A stretch of 64,000 bases of DNA from a virus: positions 3,511 through 67,510 of the IMG/VR virus record IMGVR_UViG_3300007735_000780; one strand, 5' to 3'. Shown here piece by piece: positions 30,563-40,692 of this stretch. A model generated the notes under the pieces. It was not told where the DNA came from. It was given only the letters and a program-made list of their open reading frames with translations, and made no database searches. The position numbers and the translations under genes are program-made. Every line of letters starts with the position of its first letter. Position 1 is the first letter of the stretch.

Positions 30563-31573
30563 TTATACGAATGAAGATGATCTCCAAGCACCTCCTAAGT
30601 AAGCATATAAACGATATACACCACCACTAACATAAGGAACCATTTCACCTTCAACACCAGTCCATGATGGAGCAGTACTTTGAGTAGCTACTACTATTGA
30701 TGAACTATTAGTTACTTTAAATGCATCTTTGCGAGTTCCACTTGTTCCTCCTCCAACAATAAAGTAACTTGTTGTATCACCAAGAGCATTATATTCACCT
30801 ACTACAGTTTGATATGAACCTGAGGCTACTGTAAATAATCCTTCTGTATGAGAGGCAAAACCTAAAGCTATTGTTCCTTCACCTTCAGCATGAGAAGAAT
30901 TACCTATAGATATAGTTGAACGACCTTCGGCATGAGAAAGAGCTCCTTGTGCAATTGTTAAATATCCTTCAGCATGGGCACCATTACCGTTTGCTAATGT
31001 ACTTTCTCCTTCAGTATGAGAATATGTACCTGAAGCTGTGGTAAAATAACCTTCAGCATGAGAACCATTATTTAAAGCTAAAGTATATGCACCTTCAGCA
31101 TGACTACCTATACCTAATGCTGATGAACCTGAGCCTTCAGCATGAGCAGAAGTGTTTGTTGCTTGAGTATTACTTCCTTCAGCATGAGAATAAAGACCTG
31201 AAGCTAAATTAGTGGTACCTTGAGCATATGAATAATTACCTGAAGCTGTATTTGATAAACCAACTGTTAAAGAAGCTGTTCCTGAAGCTCTATTGTTTCT
31301 TCCTACACTAAAAGAACCTCTTAAACTATTTTGATCCCATGTAAACATCATTCCTGTAGGATTTCCTGCAATTCCAGTTTCACCTATAGCAGCTAAACGA
31401 GCTATAGTTATAGAATTGTTTACAAAGGAAACGGAGGATGTACCTACGTATAGATCATCCCAAGGATATATTTCTGTACCTAATGTTTTAGACCCAGAAG
31501 GAATTACATTACCTCCAAGAGTTACAGTAGTTCCTGTAAATGGGTTTATAGTATTTACTTTTATTCTACTCAT
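30563..31573 (-). CDS. SHAEG-repeat fibre protein (possibly head/neck fibre)
   Basis: MSRIKVNTINP N-terminus; about 10 SHAEG-type repeats; C-terminal YRLYAYLGGAWRS. Confidence 0.7.
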   Translation of the reverse strand: MSRIKVNTINPFTGTTVTLGGNVIPSGSKTLGTEIYPWDDLYVGTSSVSFVNNSITIARLAAIGETGIAGNPTGMMFTWDQNSLRGSFSVGRNNRASGTASLTVGLSNTASGNYSYAQGTTNLASGLYSHAEGSNTQATNTSAHAEGSGSSALGIGSHAEGAYTLALNNGSHAEGYFTTASGTYSHTEGESTLANGNGAHAEGYLTIAQGALSHAEGRSTISIGNSSHAEGEGTIALGFASHTEGLFTVASGSYQTVVGEYNALGDTTSYFIVGGGTSGTRKDAFKVTNSSSIVVATQSTAPSWTGVEGEMVPYVSGGVYRLYAYLGGAWRSSSFV

Positions 31574-31618
31574 TGTGTTTTATTTAGTTATAAATATATA
31601 TATATTTTATTTTAGTTA

Positions 31619-33496
31619 TTAAAAAAGAGAAGCAGATCTCCATCTTCCACCTATATAAACATATAACAAGTAATTATCACCAGACCCACTTTTAGCAAAT
31701 TGTACTGCTGCTCTATTTAAACTATTTCCACCAGGTCCATCATTTAAATTAGCAGGAACACCAGTTGGAACTACACTACCAGTTACAAATAAAACTGAGC
31801 CTGAAGGATGTGTTCCATCTAAAAGTATTTGAGAGCTAGAAATATGTATAGTACTAGTTGTACCGGTTTGAAGGATTTGACTGCGATTAGTAAAACCATC
31901 AGTATTTGTTCCTAAATTGAAATTATTACCAACCATGCTTACTTGGCTAGATGTTATTGTAACACTCACTCCACCATATAATGTTATATTTCCATTAGTA
32001 GGAGTTGCTAAAAATATATTTCTTCCTAATTGTAAACTTCCAGTAGATGTTGAAGGTATAGATAAAGTACTATTTACACCTGTTCCATATAGGTAATTAT
32101 TACCAGTTATAGTAGGAGAATTAGTAATTGTTTCAATATTTACACTTGAGGCAGTACCTATAAGTAAAGAAGATGTTAATGCTTGTAAAGCACTTTGGGC
32201 CCAACTAGCTGTTCCAAATAAACTACCTGTAAATCCTAGAGTTGAAGTTGTAGAACCTGTTACAACTAAAGAACCAGTAATTACAGCACTTCCTGTATAT
32301 GGAAAAGAAGCACCTCCTCCTCCAATTGCACTTGAAGCAGTAGAATATATTCTTCCACCTCCATCTATACCAAGAACACTTACTATTGGGTTTTCAGTTA
32401 TACTAGGAAGAGACATATATGAAGGATTACTCCAGTCTAGGTGAGCTGTTGTTCCATCATTAGCATAAAGTATTCTATTTTCCCAATCAATAGAAAATTC
32501 ATCTGCATTTGAAGACTGTAGTAGTCTAGCATCCCAATCTAATGGGGTTCCATTTCCATTTTGTAAAAATCTACTATTCCAATTTATACTAGCACCTCCA
32601 GTAGAATCATTTAGTTGGAGATTAGATGTATTTATAATATCATATGTACCATCATTTACAAGTAATGATCCTGTTATAATAGCACTGCCTGAATATGGGA
32701 ATGTAGGGTTTGAATCCAAAGCATAGCTAGCTGTAGTAGCAAAAGAAGCACTATCTACTGTAGTTGGAGTTTCAATATCTCCAAATATGGTTAATTCACT
32801 ATCATCTTCTATAGAAATTTCTTTATCTTCTTCTATATTAGTTTCACCTATTATTAAAGCATCTTCATTACTATTAACAGTTATATTAGAGTTTATAGTT
32901 TTATTATTAGTAAAAAAAGATGAATTAACTTTACCTGAAGTGCTAATATTGTTAGTAGCTGTTAAAGTACTAATACTAAGATTATCTGGGGTTGTAGTGT
33001 CTATGTCTCCAAAAATAGTTAAATCAGATCCATCTTCTACAGAAATTTCTTTATTAGTCTCTACTTCAATTGGACCCATTAATAAACTATTGTTACTGTC
33101 TTTAACAGTAACATTATCACTTAAACTTTTAGAAGTAGAAAATTGACCACTAACACCATCAGCAGATATTACAGAGCCACTGTTAATTTGAATACCACCG
33201 TCTTTAGCCGATAAAACTACAGGTGATGATCCTGATTTGATAAATCGAATTGATCCTTCGGATACAAAAATTTCTTTCCAAGCTGCATTTTCGGATCCTA
33301 AATTAAAAGATGAAGTTAATTCTCCAGCTCCTACTGCAGGTATAATACTACCAGAAATAAAAATAGAACCAGTTATTGTTTGATTACCAACAAATGTATT
33401 AGAACCAGTAGTAGCATCTCCAGGAGGACCTTGAGGACCTTGAGGACCAGGAGTAGTAATAGTTAATATAGTAGGTGTTTGGTTTGCAGATATCAT
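31619..33496 (-). CDS. Mosaic structural/fibre protein with short collagen-like motif
   Basis: PGPQGPQGPPG; duplicated NVTV..LLMGP..KEISVEDGSDLTIFGD domain; ends LYVYIGGRWRS. Confidence 0.65.
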   Translation of the reverse strand: MISANQTPTILTITTPGPQGPQGPPGDATTGSNTFVGNQTITGSIFISGSIIPAVGAGELTSSFNLGSENAAWKEIFVSEGSIRFIKSGSSPVVLSAKDGGIQINSGSVISADGVSGQFSTSKSLSDNVTVKDSNNSLLMGPIEVETNKEISVEDGSDLTIFGDIDTTTPDNLSISTLTATNNISTSGKVNSSFFTNNKTINSNITVNSNEDALIIGETNIEEDKEISIEDDSELTIFGDIETPTTVDSASFATTASYALDSNPTFPYSGSAIITGSLLVNDGTYDIINTSNLQLNDSTGGASINWNSRFLQNGNGTPLDWDARLLQSSNADEFSIDWENRILYANDGTTAHLDWSNPSYMSLPSITENPIVSVLGIDGGGRIYSTASSAIGGGGASFPYTGSAVITGSLVVTGSTTSTLGFTGSLFGTASWAQSALQALTSSLLIGTASSVNIETITNSPTITGNNYLYGTGVNSTLSIPSTSTGSLQLGRNIFLATPTNGNITLYGGVSVTITSSQVSMVGNNFNLGTNTDGFTNRSQILQTGTTSTIHISSSQILLDGTHPSGSVLFVTGSVVPTGVPANLNDGPGGNSLNRAAVQFAKSGSGDNYLLYVYIGGRWRSASLF

Positions 33497-33499
33497 ATT

Positions 33500-33868
33500 T
33501 TATCGAGTTACTTCTTTACTTAATTTAATATTTCCTTCTAATAATCTAACTACGTAAGGACAAGCTCCACTTCCTGAATATATTTCTAAATCATATACTG
33601 CTTGATCAAAAGTAAGCATAGAACTGGTGCAAGAAGAAATATAAATACTAATTGAACCGCTAGGGTCAATTGTTATTCCAGTACCATCATTATTTAAAGA
33701 ACTAGAAAGTTGCAAATACACAGTTGATGAATTTATATTAGGTCGAAGTTGCATTCTACCTTCAAATCCTGTTAAATCAATATATTCTTTATTAGAATCT
33801 TGATATAATATACCGAAATTAGTAGTAGCACCTTGTTCTATAATAAATGAATATTTACCAGCGGCCAT
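33500..33868 (-). CDS. Ig-like virion structural/attachment protein
   Basis: IEQGAT, IDLTGFEGRMQLR, VYDLEI, RLLEGNI..SKEVTR pattern. Confidence 0.6.
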   Translation of the reverse strand: MAAGKYSFIIEQGATTNFGILYQDSNKEYIDLTGFEGRMQLRPNINSSTVYLQLSSSLNNDGTGITIDPSGSISIYISSCTSSMLTFDQAVYDLEIYSGSGACPYVVRLLEGNIKLSKEVTR

Positions 33869-33890
33869 GAATAGGGTTTATTTATAAATA

Positions 33891-34586
33891 TCAATCCCTA
33901 TACTCTGAGTATAGGTGAAGGATTGGTTCTACAATTTCGTGTCTATGGTTGGTTTTTAAGGTAACAATTTTAACACCTTTAATGTTTTCTTCTAAACGAG
34001 TAAAGAAACCTATACCACTATCTTTTTTATTTTTTAAGTCTGTTTGAGTGATGTCTCCACAAAAAATCATTTTACCACCTTTACCTAAACGACCTAAAAT
34101 CATTTCAGTTTGACCATGAGTAATGTTTTGACATTCATCTACAATTACAACTGCATCTGGAAATGTTCTGCCTCGCATAAAGGCAAATGGTACAATTTCA
34201 ATTGTTTGGTCTTGAATCATTTTATCAATTTTTGCTTTATCATACAGCATGTATAAATTAGCATAAATTGGGGCCAACCAAGGATCCATTTTTTCTTTTA
34301 AGTCACCAGGTAAAAAACCTATTTCTTCTTTAGCAACTGTAGGACGAGTAATAATAATTCGTTCAACGTCTTTTTTAAATACTAAGTCCAATGCTACTTG
34401 ACAAGCAACTAATGTTTTACCAGAACCTGCCATTCCTTTTAGTAATGTTACTGGATTGTCTAAAATTAATTGTTTAGCTAATTTTTGTTCTTCATTTAAT
34501 TGAATTTTAAATGAAATTGGATTTTTAGGCTTACGTTTTTCTTTAAAAATCTGTTGAGCCTGTTCGGTTCTGTTAAAATCAGACAT
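33891..34586 (-). CDS. phoH: PhoH-family ATPase
   Basis: GMAGSGKT, ITRP, IGFLPGDLKEKMDPW, FMRGRTF, DECQN, GDITQTD, HRH. Confidence 0.95.
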   Translation of the reverse strand: MSDFNRTEQAQQIFKEKRKPKNPISFKIQLNEEQKLAKQLILDNPVTLLKGMAGSGKTLVACQVALDLVFKKDVERIIITRPTVAKEEIGFLPGDLKEKMDPWLAPIYANLYMLYDKAKIDKMIQDQTIEIVPFAFMRGRTFPDAVVIVDECQNITHGQTEMILGRLGKGGKMIFCGDITQTDLKNKKDSGIGFFTRLEENIKGVKIVTLKTNHRHEIVEPILHLYSEYRD

Positions 34587-34617
34587 GATCGTGTTTGTGT
34601 ATAAATATTAAAAGAAA

Positions 34618-34646
34618 ATAAAAAAGCCCAGATTTCTCTGGGCTTT
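34618..34646 (-). terminator. Rho-independent terminator after major capsid gene
   Basis: AAAGCCCAGA-N4-TCTGGGCTTT hairpin followed by a T-run on the minus strand. Confidence 0.85.
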
Positions 34647-34666
34647 AATTATTATATTGGTTTATA

Positions 34667-36379
34667 TTAGAGGGTGTTCAAACCATTTACTAATACTTTA
34701 CCATAGAATTCAGGACGTAACATCTTCTTAGCGTAGCGAGTCAACAGACCTTTACGTGGAGTGAAGGTGTTTGGATCGTAGATAAGAGGTGTCATGATCA
34801 ACGGAATGTAAGGAGCAAACACAGCACCTGCTTCCAAGAATTGCTTACCACGGAAACCAACTAAGATAGTGTTTTCAGTCATGTAAGGGTTCTTATAAAC
34901 AGTGTAACGGCTGTTGAATTGACCTGCTTTCTGTACACCAAATGCATAGTCCATGTCAGCTGCATCACCATTGCTATTAGAAGCGAATCCTGGGATAGAC
35001 TCGATAATAGTTGCAATAGTTGGGCTGATTACCATGAAGTTAGCACCACCACGAAGGGTTAATTGGTGAATTCTGTTGCTAATCTTTTGGATCTTAGTAC
35101 CAAGAGTTTGGAACCATTGGCCTTGAGTGTTGTAGAAACCTAAGCTAGCAGTTGGAAGAGTAGCTGCATCCAAAGTTACGTTGTTAATAGCTGACCAGTA
35201 TTCAGTATTAGCAGTTGGAACATCAGTGATCAACATATCAAGGATTTCGAGGTCGATTTCTAATGAAATGTACTCACTCATGATGTTAGTTAATTCAGCT
35301 TCAGCATCCAAGTTTTGGTATGCGTTCAAATCCTGAGCAAATTCAGGTGTCCATACAGCCTTTAACTTTTTAGTCTTAGCAGTGATGGCTTGAGATTGCA
35401 TAGAAATGTTAATTTCTGGGATAGCAATTGTAGAAGCTGATTGAGCGTTCGGAGTAGAGTAAGTAGGTAATGTAGCACCTGTTGGATCTTCAAAATCACC
35501 ACGGTTTTGATCAGTAGTTTTCTTGTTAAAGAATAAAACTGGGCTGATGGTACCACCAATATCTGTAGCACTACCAGTAATATAGAATGTTAAAGTAGTA
35601 CCAGTACTATTAATAGTAGTGTAAGCTGGAAGTACATTAGCTGGAATTATGTTAGTAGTGCCAGAAGCTGATACTAAAAATCCACGAACTGCATCTGCAT
35701 CAAAAGAAGAAGATATAGAACCAAATCCAGTTAAAGTTAAAGTCCAAATTTTACCAGCAGCTACAGAAGCTGAAAGTTCAGAAGCATAGCCTAAAGCAGC
35801 CCACTGAGCTTGCTTTTCATTAGCTGTTGAAGCTGAAACATAGTTAGAAGCTGTAGTTACAGTAGCAGCTGAAGCTGAGAATTGGTTTGTAGAGTAAGTA
35901 AAACGACCAGCACCATATAAACCACCTACTGGGTTAGGAGTAGAAAATGGAGTATTTGGGTCAGAAGCATTACGAGTACCATACATAGAACCACCTGAAG
36001 TGAATGGGTTCTTTGTAGTACCATACTGGAAATCAAGGAAGAACACAAGACCAGAAGGTAAGTTCATTGGTTGAACGCTAACGAATTCTTTCGCTGCAAT
36101 TTGACCAAATACCTTACGTACTAATGGTAATGCAATACCAGCCCAGTTTTCACCGTTTGTACCTGAAGTGAAGAAAGAGTTAGTACCTGTTTGAGAGGTT
36201 TCTACTACTAACTGCTTTGCTTGATTTTCCAACATCAAAGCCATGTTGTTTCTGTTTACGTCCTCACCAAGACCTTCTAAAAGGCCGGTTTTTTCCCACT
36301 TCTTTGCTAATTTAGCAGCATCACTCTGAAGTGATCTCCATGGGTTTGCGGACTCTACTAATTGTTGAATAGTTTCCAT
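34667..36379 (-). CDS. Major capsid protein (T4 gp23-like)
   Basis: KWEKTGLLEG, LENQ, VSVQPMNLPSGLVF, AKTKKLKAVWTPEFAQDL, APYIPL, PRKGLLTRYA. Confidence 0.95.
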   Translation of the reverse strand: METIQQLVESANPWRSLQSDAAKLAKKWEKTGLLEGLGEDVNRNNMALMLENQAKQLVVETSQTGTNSFFTSGTNGENWAGIALPLVRKVFGQIAAKEFVSVQPMNLPSGLVFFLDFQYGTTKNPFTSGGSMYGTRNASDPNTPFSTPNPVGGLYGAGRFTYSTNQFSASAATVTTASNYVSASTANEKQAQWAALGYASELSASVAAGKIWTLTLTGFGSISSSFDADAVRGFLVSASGTTNIIPANVLPAYTTINSTGTTLTFYITGSATDIGGTISPVLFFNKKTTDQNRGDFEDPTGATLPTYSTPNAQSASTIAIPEINISMQSQAITAKTKKLKAVWTPEFAQDLNAYQNLDAEAELTNIMSEYISLEIDLEILDMLITDVPTANTEYWSAINNVTLDAATLPTASLGFYNTQGQWFQTLGTKIQKISNRIHQLTLRGGANFMVISPTIATIIESIPGFASNSNGDAADMDYAFGVQKAGQFNSRYTVYKNPYMTENTILVGFRGKQFLEAGAVFAPYIPLIMTPLIYDPNTFTPRKGLLTRYAKKMLRPEFYGKVLVNGLNTL

Positions 36380-36419
36380 AATTTTTAAATAATTGTTTTT
36401 TAATTGTTAATGTTTAAGT

Positions 36420-37499
36420 TTACTTTTTGAGACCAGCAAGTTGTTGCATACGAGCAAACGCATTGTTGACCTCGATTATTGGTTGTTTAGGGGTAGCAGG
36501 GGCAATTGTTCTAGAAGCTGATCCTAATGATTCTTTAATTGGGTTCTTTTTAGCTGTAGTAGCTTTAAAAGATTCAGTTAAAGTTTCAAATACGAGTTTC
36601 ACTTCTTTAACAGTTTCTGCTTTGTCAAACGTGTTTAAAACCTTGATTTTTTCTGATTCGGTAAGATTCTTAGCTTTGAAGATTTTGTTGGTGTAAAGAA
36701 GCTTAGCGTTTAATAGATTAACTTCGTTGAGTTCGTTGCGGAGTTCAGCGATAGTTTCTTCCATTTCTGAAGTTGGGTTATTATTAGATTTTTCAGCTTC
36801 TAAGTCTTTTTTAAGACCTTTAAGGGCTTGAATAACAGCTGCTACTGAAATTCCACCTCCTATAGTAGCGGCTATTTTACCTGCTGTAGCAGTAGCCATA
36901 GCGGCATCTATTATGTTAGTAAGAGTTTCAGCACTCATTCCTTCTTTTACTTCTTTTTCAGAATCAATTTCAGCAAGAAGTTCTTCAAGATTGATGTCTT
37001 CATCAATTTCTTCCATTTCTTCTTCACCACCCATGTCTTCCATGTCTTCCATGTCTTCCATGTCCTCGTCTTCGGCTTCTTCACCAGCCATAAGCTTACC
37101 AGATGCGATCATGTCGTCGATTACTGATTTTACAAGCTCTTCAATTTCATCATCAGACATTTCTTCAAGCATTAGGTCTTCTTCTAAATTTTCTTGACCT
37201 TCTTTTTCCATGTCTTTTGCTTCATTTGCTTTAGCTTCTTTGTCAGCTTCGTCCAACTCGGCAAGAAGTTCTTCAAGACTAAAAGTTTCTTCTAATCCTT
37301 CTTCGTTCGTGCCGTACATTTCATTTGTATCGCCCATTTCTTCTTTTTCCTCTAATTCTAGCTCGTTTAGCCTTTCAGCAAACATAGCTGTTAATTGGGG
37401 AGTAAAAGCTTCTTCAAGGGCGATTTTTGCGCTTTCAATTGCTGTTTCTCTAATAGTTTTAGCCTCAGCAATTGCTTCTTCAAGCATTTTTCTGTTCAT
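36420..37499 (-). CDS. Prohead core scaffolding protein
   Basis: Highly acidic coiled coil, LNEVNLLNAKLLY, C-terminal RMQQLAGL; between protease and capsid genes. Confidence 0.85.
   Translation of the reverse strand: MNRKMLEEAIAEAKTIRETAIESAKIALEEAFTPQLTAMFAERLNELELEEKEEMGDTNEMYGTNEEGLEETFSLEELLAELDEADKEAKANEAKDMEKEGQENLEEDLMLEEMSDDEIEELVKSVIDDMIASGKLMAGEEAEDEDMEDMEDMEDMGGEEEMEEIDEDINLEELLAEIDSEKEVKEGMSAETLTNIIDAAMATATAGKIAATIGGGISVAAVIQALKGLKKDLEAEKSNNNPTSEMEETIAELRNELNEVNLLNAKLLYTNKIFKAKNLTESEKIKVLNTFDKAETVKEVKLVFETLTESFKATTAKKNPIKESLGSASRTIAPATPKQPIIEVNNAFARMQQLAGLKK
37031..37066. repeat. 9-bp tandem repeat GACATGGAA (Asp-Met-Glu) x~4 in scaffold gene
   Basis: ccatgtctt units in tandem. 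Confidence 0.85.
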
Positions 37500-37638
37500 T
37501 TGTCCTCAAATAATTTTGTTTCGGAAATACGTTTAATAAGAAACGTAATAGATTGTTTATTAATAAATGCTACATAAGGGGAAAGGGTAGCATATTTGAA
37601 TATACATATATATGTATCTATCAAAAACGCACCCTGTT

Positions 37639-37669
37639 GAAAAAGAAATGCCTCACTTTTGTGAGGCAT
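37639..37669 (-). terminator. Rho-independent terminator after prohead protease gene
   Basis: ATGCCTCAC-AAAA-GTGAGGCAT followed by TTCTTTTT. Confidence 0.8.
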
Positions 37670-37697
37670 CAGTCTTAAAATTCTATTTTAAGAGGGG

Positions 37698-38303
37698 TTA
37701 ATATATTGGGCAAGTTCCATTAGCACAAAGTATGTCTGTGATTATGGAATTTACTTTAGTATACTTGTTAATATTAGTAGTTTTACCTTCATTTAAAGCA
37801 ACTTCTTTCATGTATGAGCCTGGGTTAGAAGGTGTTGATACAAAGTCCCAACACAACAATTCAAAATCATCTTGTACTTCCATTATTTCACCCATTTGTT
37901 TTAATGAACCCATTCCACGAGAAGAAACACCTACAGGAATATTGTTTTGGAACAATGCTGCTAAAATGTTACCTGATGGGGTAGGTAATATTTCTATTAC
38001 TCCCATTACATGGTCTCCATCCCACCATATTTTTTTAATATTATGGGATACATTTTTTAGGTTAATGATTTGAGAATCAGGATGGTCTAATTCACCTAAT
38101 GCTCTATTTTGTTTAACACTTTCCATGTACTTATTAATTTCCCTTTGCCATAAGTCTTTTGAGTAATAACGACCATTACCGTTTTTTACTTCAGCAGTCG
38201 CCAATATACCTTGAACAAGTATGTTTCCATTTCCACTTTTACCTTCAATTAATTTGACAGGTTTAGCCGCAAATGTTTGGGTTTCAATAAGTATCTGTTT
38301 CAT
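37698..38303 (-). CDS. Prohead maturation protease (T4 gp21-like)
   Basis: NGNGRYY, ALGELDHP, VSH, GVSSRGMGS, DFVSTPS. Confidence 0.95.
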   Translation of the reverse strand: MKQILIETQTFAAKPVKLIEGKSGNGNILVQGILATAEVKNGNGRYYSKDLWQREINKYMESVKQNRALGELDHPDSQIINLKNVSHNIKKIWWDGDHVMGVIEILPTPSGNILAALFQNNIPVGVSSRGMGSLKQMGEIMEVQDDFELLCWDFVSTPSNPGSYMKEVALNEGKTTNINKYTKVNSIITDILCANGTCPIY

Positions 38304-38305
38304 GG

Positions 38306-39298
38306 TTATCCTTCATATTTGCTTTTTAAAGCATTTTCTACTTCATTTTTATACTTACCTTTATATGTTTTTAAAAAATCATCTACATTATCATATTTAT
38401 TTTCATCATATGCTTCATCAGCAGCATCTAAAGCAGCTTTAAGTTCAGGTTGTTTAACTTCATCTAATACTTCTTTTTCTAGAGCTTCAATTTCTCTTTT
38501 TTTAGCTGCAATTGTTTTTTCCCAGTCTTTAAAAGCTTTACTATCTTTATCTAATAAAGGTTTACCATCTTTATCTACTTTTTTTATTTCTTTTTCAGCG
38601 TCAGCTAAAGCTGCTTTTAAAACACCCAAACGATGTTTTGAAAGATCTTTATTTTCTTCAGCTAATACTTCTTTTACTAACAAATGAATTTGAGAACGCA
38701 ATACTGATTCTTTTAAATCACCATAACCTGAAGATTTATGTGGGCCTTTAGCAGGTTTTGATTCGCCTAATCCAGGTGCTTCTACTGTGTATCCTCCTTC
38801 AACACCAAATGGGCTGTTTTTAACGTAGTGTAAACAATCTTTAGCCATGTTTTTAGCTACAATTTGTTTTAATTCTTCTACTGTTTTGCCTTCGTTTTTA
38901 GGGTCTTGCATTTCACTGTAGAATCCTTTTAAAAATGCAGTACCAAAAATATTGTCAATGTTTTTAGTATCCTTATAATCGTAACCACGAGTAGCCATAT
39001 CGGTTACTTCTTTAGTGGTTTCTTTCTCTTCAGCTTTAGCTTCTTTAGCTTCAGCAAGTTTATCCATATTTTCATTAAAAATAGAAAACCAATCAGGTGT
39101 TCTACCTTTAGTTACTACTCCACCACCCACAAACATTTCACTGATAACACCTCTGTTTTTAAGAATGTTAACAGCGTCATTAAATGAATTAACTGGGGTG
39201 ATTAAATCAGGAAACAGATGACGTGCTGATTTGAAAAATTGTTGTTTATTACCTTTACCTTCTTTAATAAGGTTATATTGATCTTGAAGTGTTTTCAT
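38306..39298 (-). CDS. Putative prohead core / internal head protein
   Basis: MKTLQDQYNLIKE start; internal LKESVLRSQIHLLVKEVLAE helix; adjacent to the protease gene. Confidence 0.55.
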   Translation of the reverse strand: MKTLQDQYNLIKEGKGNKQQFFKSARHLFPDLITPVNSFNDAVNILKNRGVISEMFVGGGVVTKGRTPDWFSIFNENMDKLAEAKEAKAEEKETTKEVTDMATRGYDYKDTKNIDNIFGTAFLKGFYSEMQDPKNEGKTVEELKQIVAKNMAKDCLHYVKNSPFGVEGGYTVEAPGLGESKPAKGPHKSSGYGDLKESVLRSQIHLLVKEVLAEENKDLSKHRLGVLKAALADAEKEIKKVDKDGKPLLDKDSKAFKDWEKTIAAKKREIEALEKEVLDEVKQPELKAALDAADEAYDENKYDNVDDFLKTYKGKYKNEVENALKSKYEG

Positions 39299-39802
39299 TT
39301 ATTTAAAAAGTTTTATAGTGTCGTCTATTAATGAAATGGCTAAATCTGTACCGTAAACAGCTTTAAATTCAGGATTTTCTCTATAACTGTTTATAGTTTC
39401 TTTTTTAGCGTTTTGTATTAATTCAATAAGTTCTTTTAATTTACTTGCTAATAAGTCAAAGTCTCCTAAACGTCCTGCTATATATTTTTTTAATTCTTCA
39501 TTGTCAGTTTGTAGTGCACCTACAAAACCTTCAATGTCAAATTTAGGTGTTTCTTCTTCCCACAATTGTTTAACTTCTATTCCCTTAGCTTGTTTATTTA
39601 AAGCTTTTTGATTTACAGGTTTGAAACCAAGTTTGTAGTAGTAAATGTTTTTAGCACCTTTAGCTTTTTTATTTGGGTTAAAAGCATAAGGAGTAGCATA
39701 ATTTGCACCTGTACCCGGAGTAAAAGACGCACCGGTACCAGTAGCGCTCATTTCTTTTAAACGCTTTTGAATCAGTTCACGTATTTGATCTTTTTTACTC
39801 AT
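39299..39802 (-). CDS. Putative prohead core protein
   Basis: QIRELIQKRLKE leader then MSATG...YATPYAF. Confidence 0.55.
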   Translation of the reverse strand: MSKKDQIRELIQKRLKEMSATGTGASFTPGTGANYATPYAFNPNKKAKGAKNIYYYKLGFKPVNQKALNKQAKGIEVKQLWEEETPKFDIEGFVGALQTDNEELKKYIAGRLGDFDLLASKLKELIELIQNAKKETINSYRENPEFKAVYGTDLAISLIDDTIKLFK

Positions 39803-40653
39803 TTTGCAGTTTTTAATTCATCTATCAATTCACAGTATTGTAAAAGATTAACTAGTTGATCATCGTTGATCTTATCATTTTTACCTAAAGTAGGTAAAAT
39901 GTTTATCACTTCATTAACTTTTATTTTAATAGCTGGGGCAGTAACAGATTTATTAAGAGATGTTAGCTGAGTTTTTATTTCAGATACTTTAGTGTTATAA
40001 AATTCTTTTAATTTAGGAGCATTGTCAACACTATTTATAAATTCTTTGAGTATAATCTTTTGATTTGAATTTAAATCAGCATATTTGTTATTAAACTTTT
40101 CTAATAATACTCTATATGCTAAAACACGAATGTCTTTATCCTGATGTTTAAATTCTTCTAAAATATTGTTTTTAACTTCTTTTTTATTAATTGGACCTTT
40201 AGTTAAAAATTCTAAAAGTACAGTTTTGTTTTCTATAATCTGGTTAGGATTAGATAAATTTTCACTGTTGTATACTTCTAAAAGAGTAAATAAAGCGGCT
40301 TGTGCTTTGTAATTAGGAAGTTTTGTTTTAAAAAACTCTTCTAAATTATAATGTGCTTTAATTTCTTTAATTAAATTGTATTTTTGTCTTTTTAATATAG
40401 AACGGTTCAGATACTTTGAACTCTCAATAAGAGTTGTTACAACCATGTCTGCTTTAGCTTCACTAATATTAGTGTGCTTAAAAAAGCTTTCATATAGTTT
40501 GTATTCTCTTCCCAGTTCTGTTTTAGTAAAGTACTTTTTTAAAATTGTAGTAGCTGGGGAATCAGCTCCTGATAAGGTATCGGCTGTGATTTGCCTAACA
40601 AGCAGTTCAAAGAGAATACCAGTATTTTTGTACTTTGAATGTTTAATTACCAT
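39799..40653 (-). CDS. Hypothetical head-module protein
   Basis: IKHSKYKNTGILFELLVRQIT; directly downstream of portal. Confidence 0.6.
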   Translation of the reverse strand: MVIKHSKYKNTGILFELLVRQITADTLSGADSPATTILKKYFTKTELGREYKLYESFFKHTNISEAKADMVVTTLIESSKYLNRSILKRQKYNLIKEIKAHYNLEEFFKTKLPNYKAQAALFTLLEVYNSENLSNPNQIIENKTVLLEFLTKGPINKKEVKNNILEEFKHQDKDIRVLAYRVLLEKFNNKYADLNSNQKIILKEFINSVDNAPKLKEFYNTKVSEIKTQLTSLNKSVTAPAIKIKVNEVINILPTLGKNDKINDDQLVNLLQYCELIDELKTAK

Positions 40654-40692
40654 TCTATAGTAATATTTTTAGTTATAAATATATATATTCTG

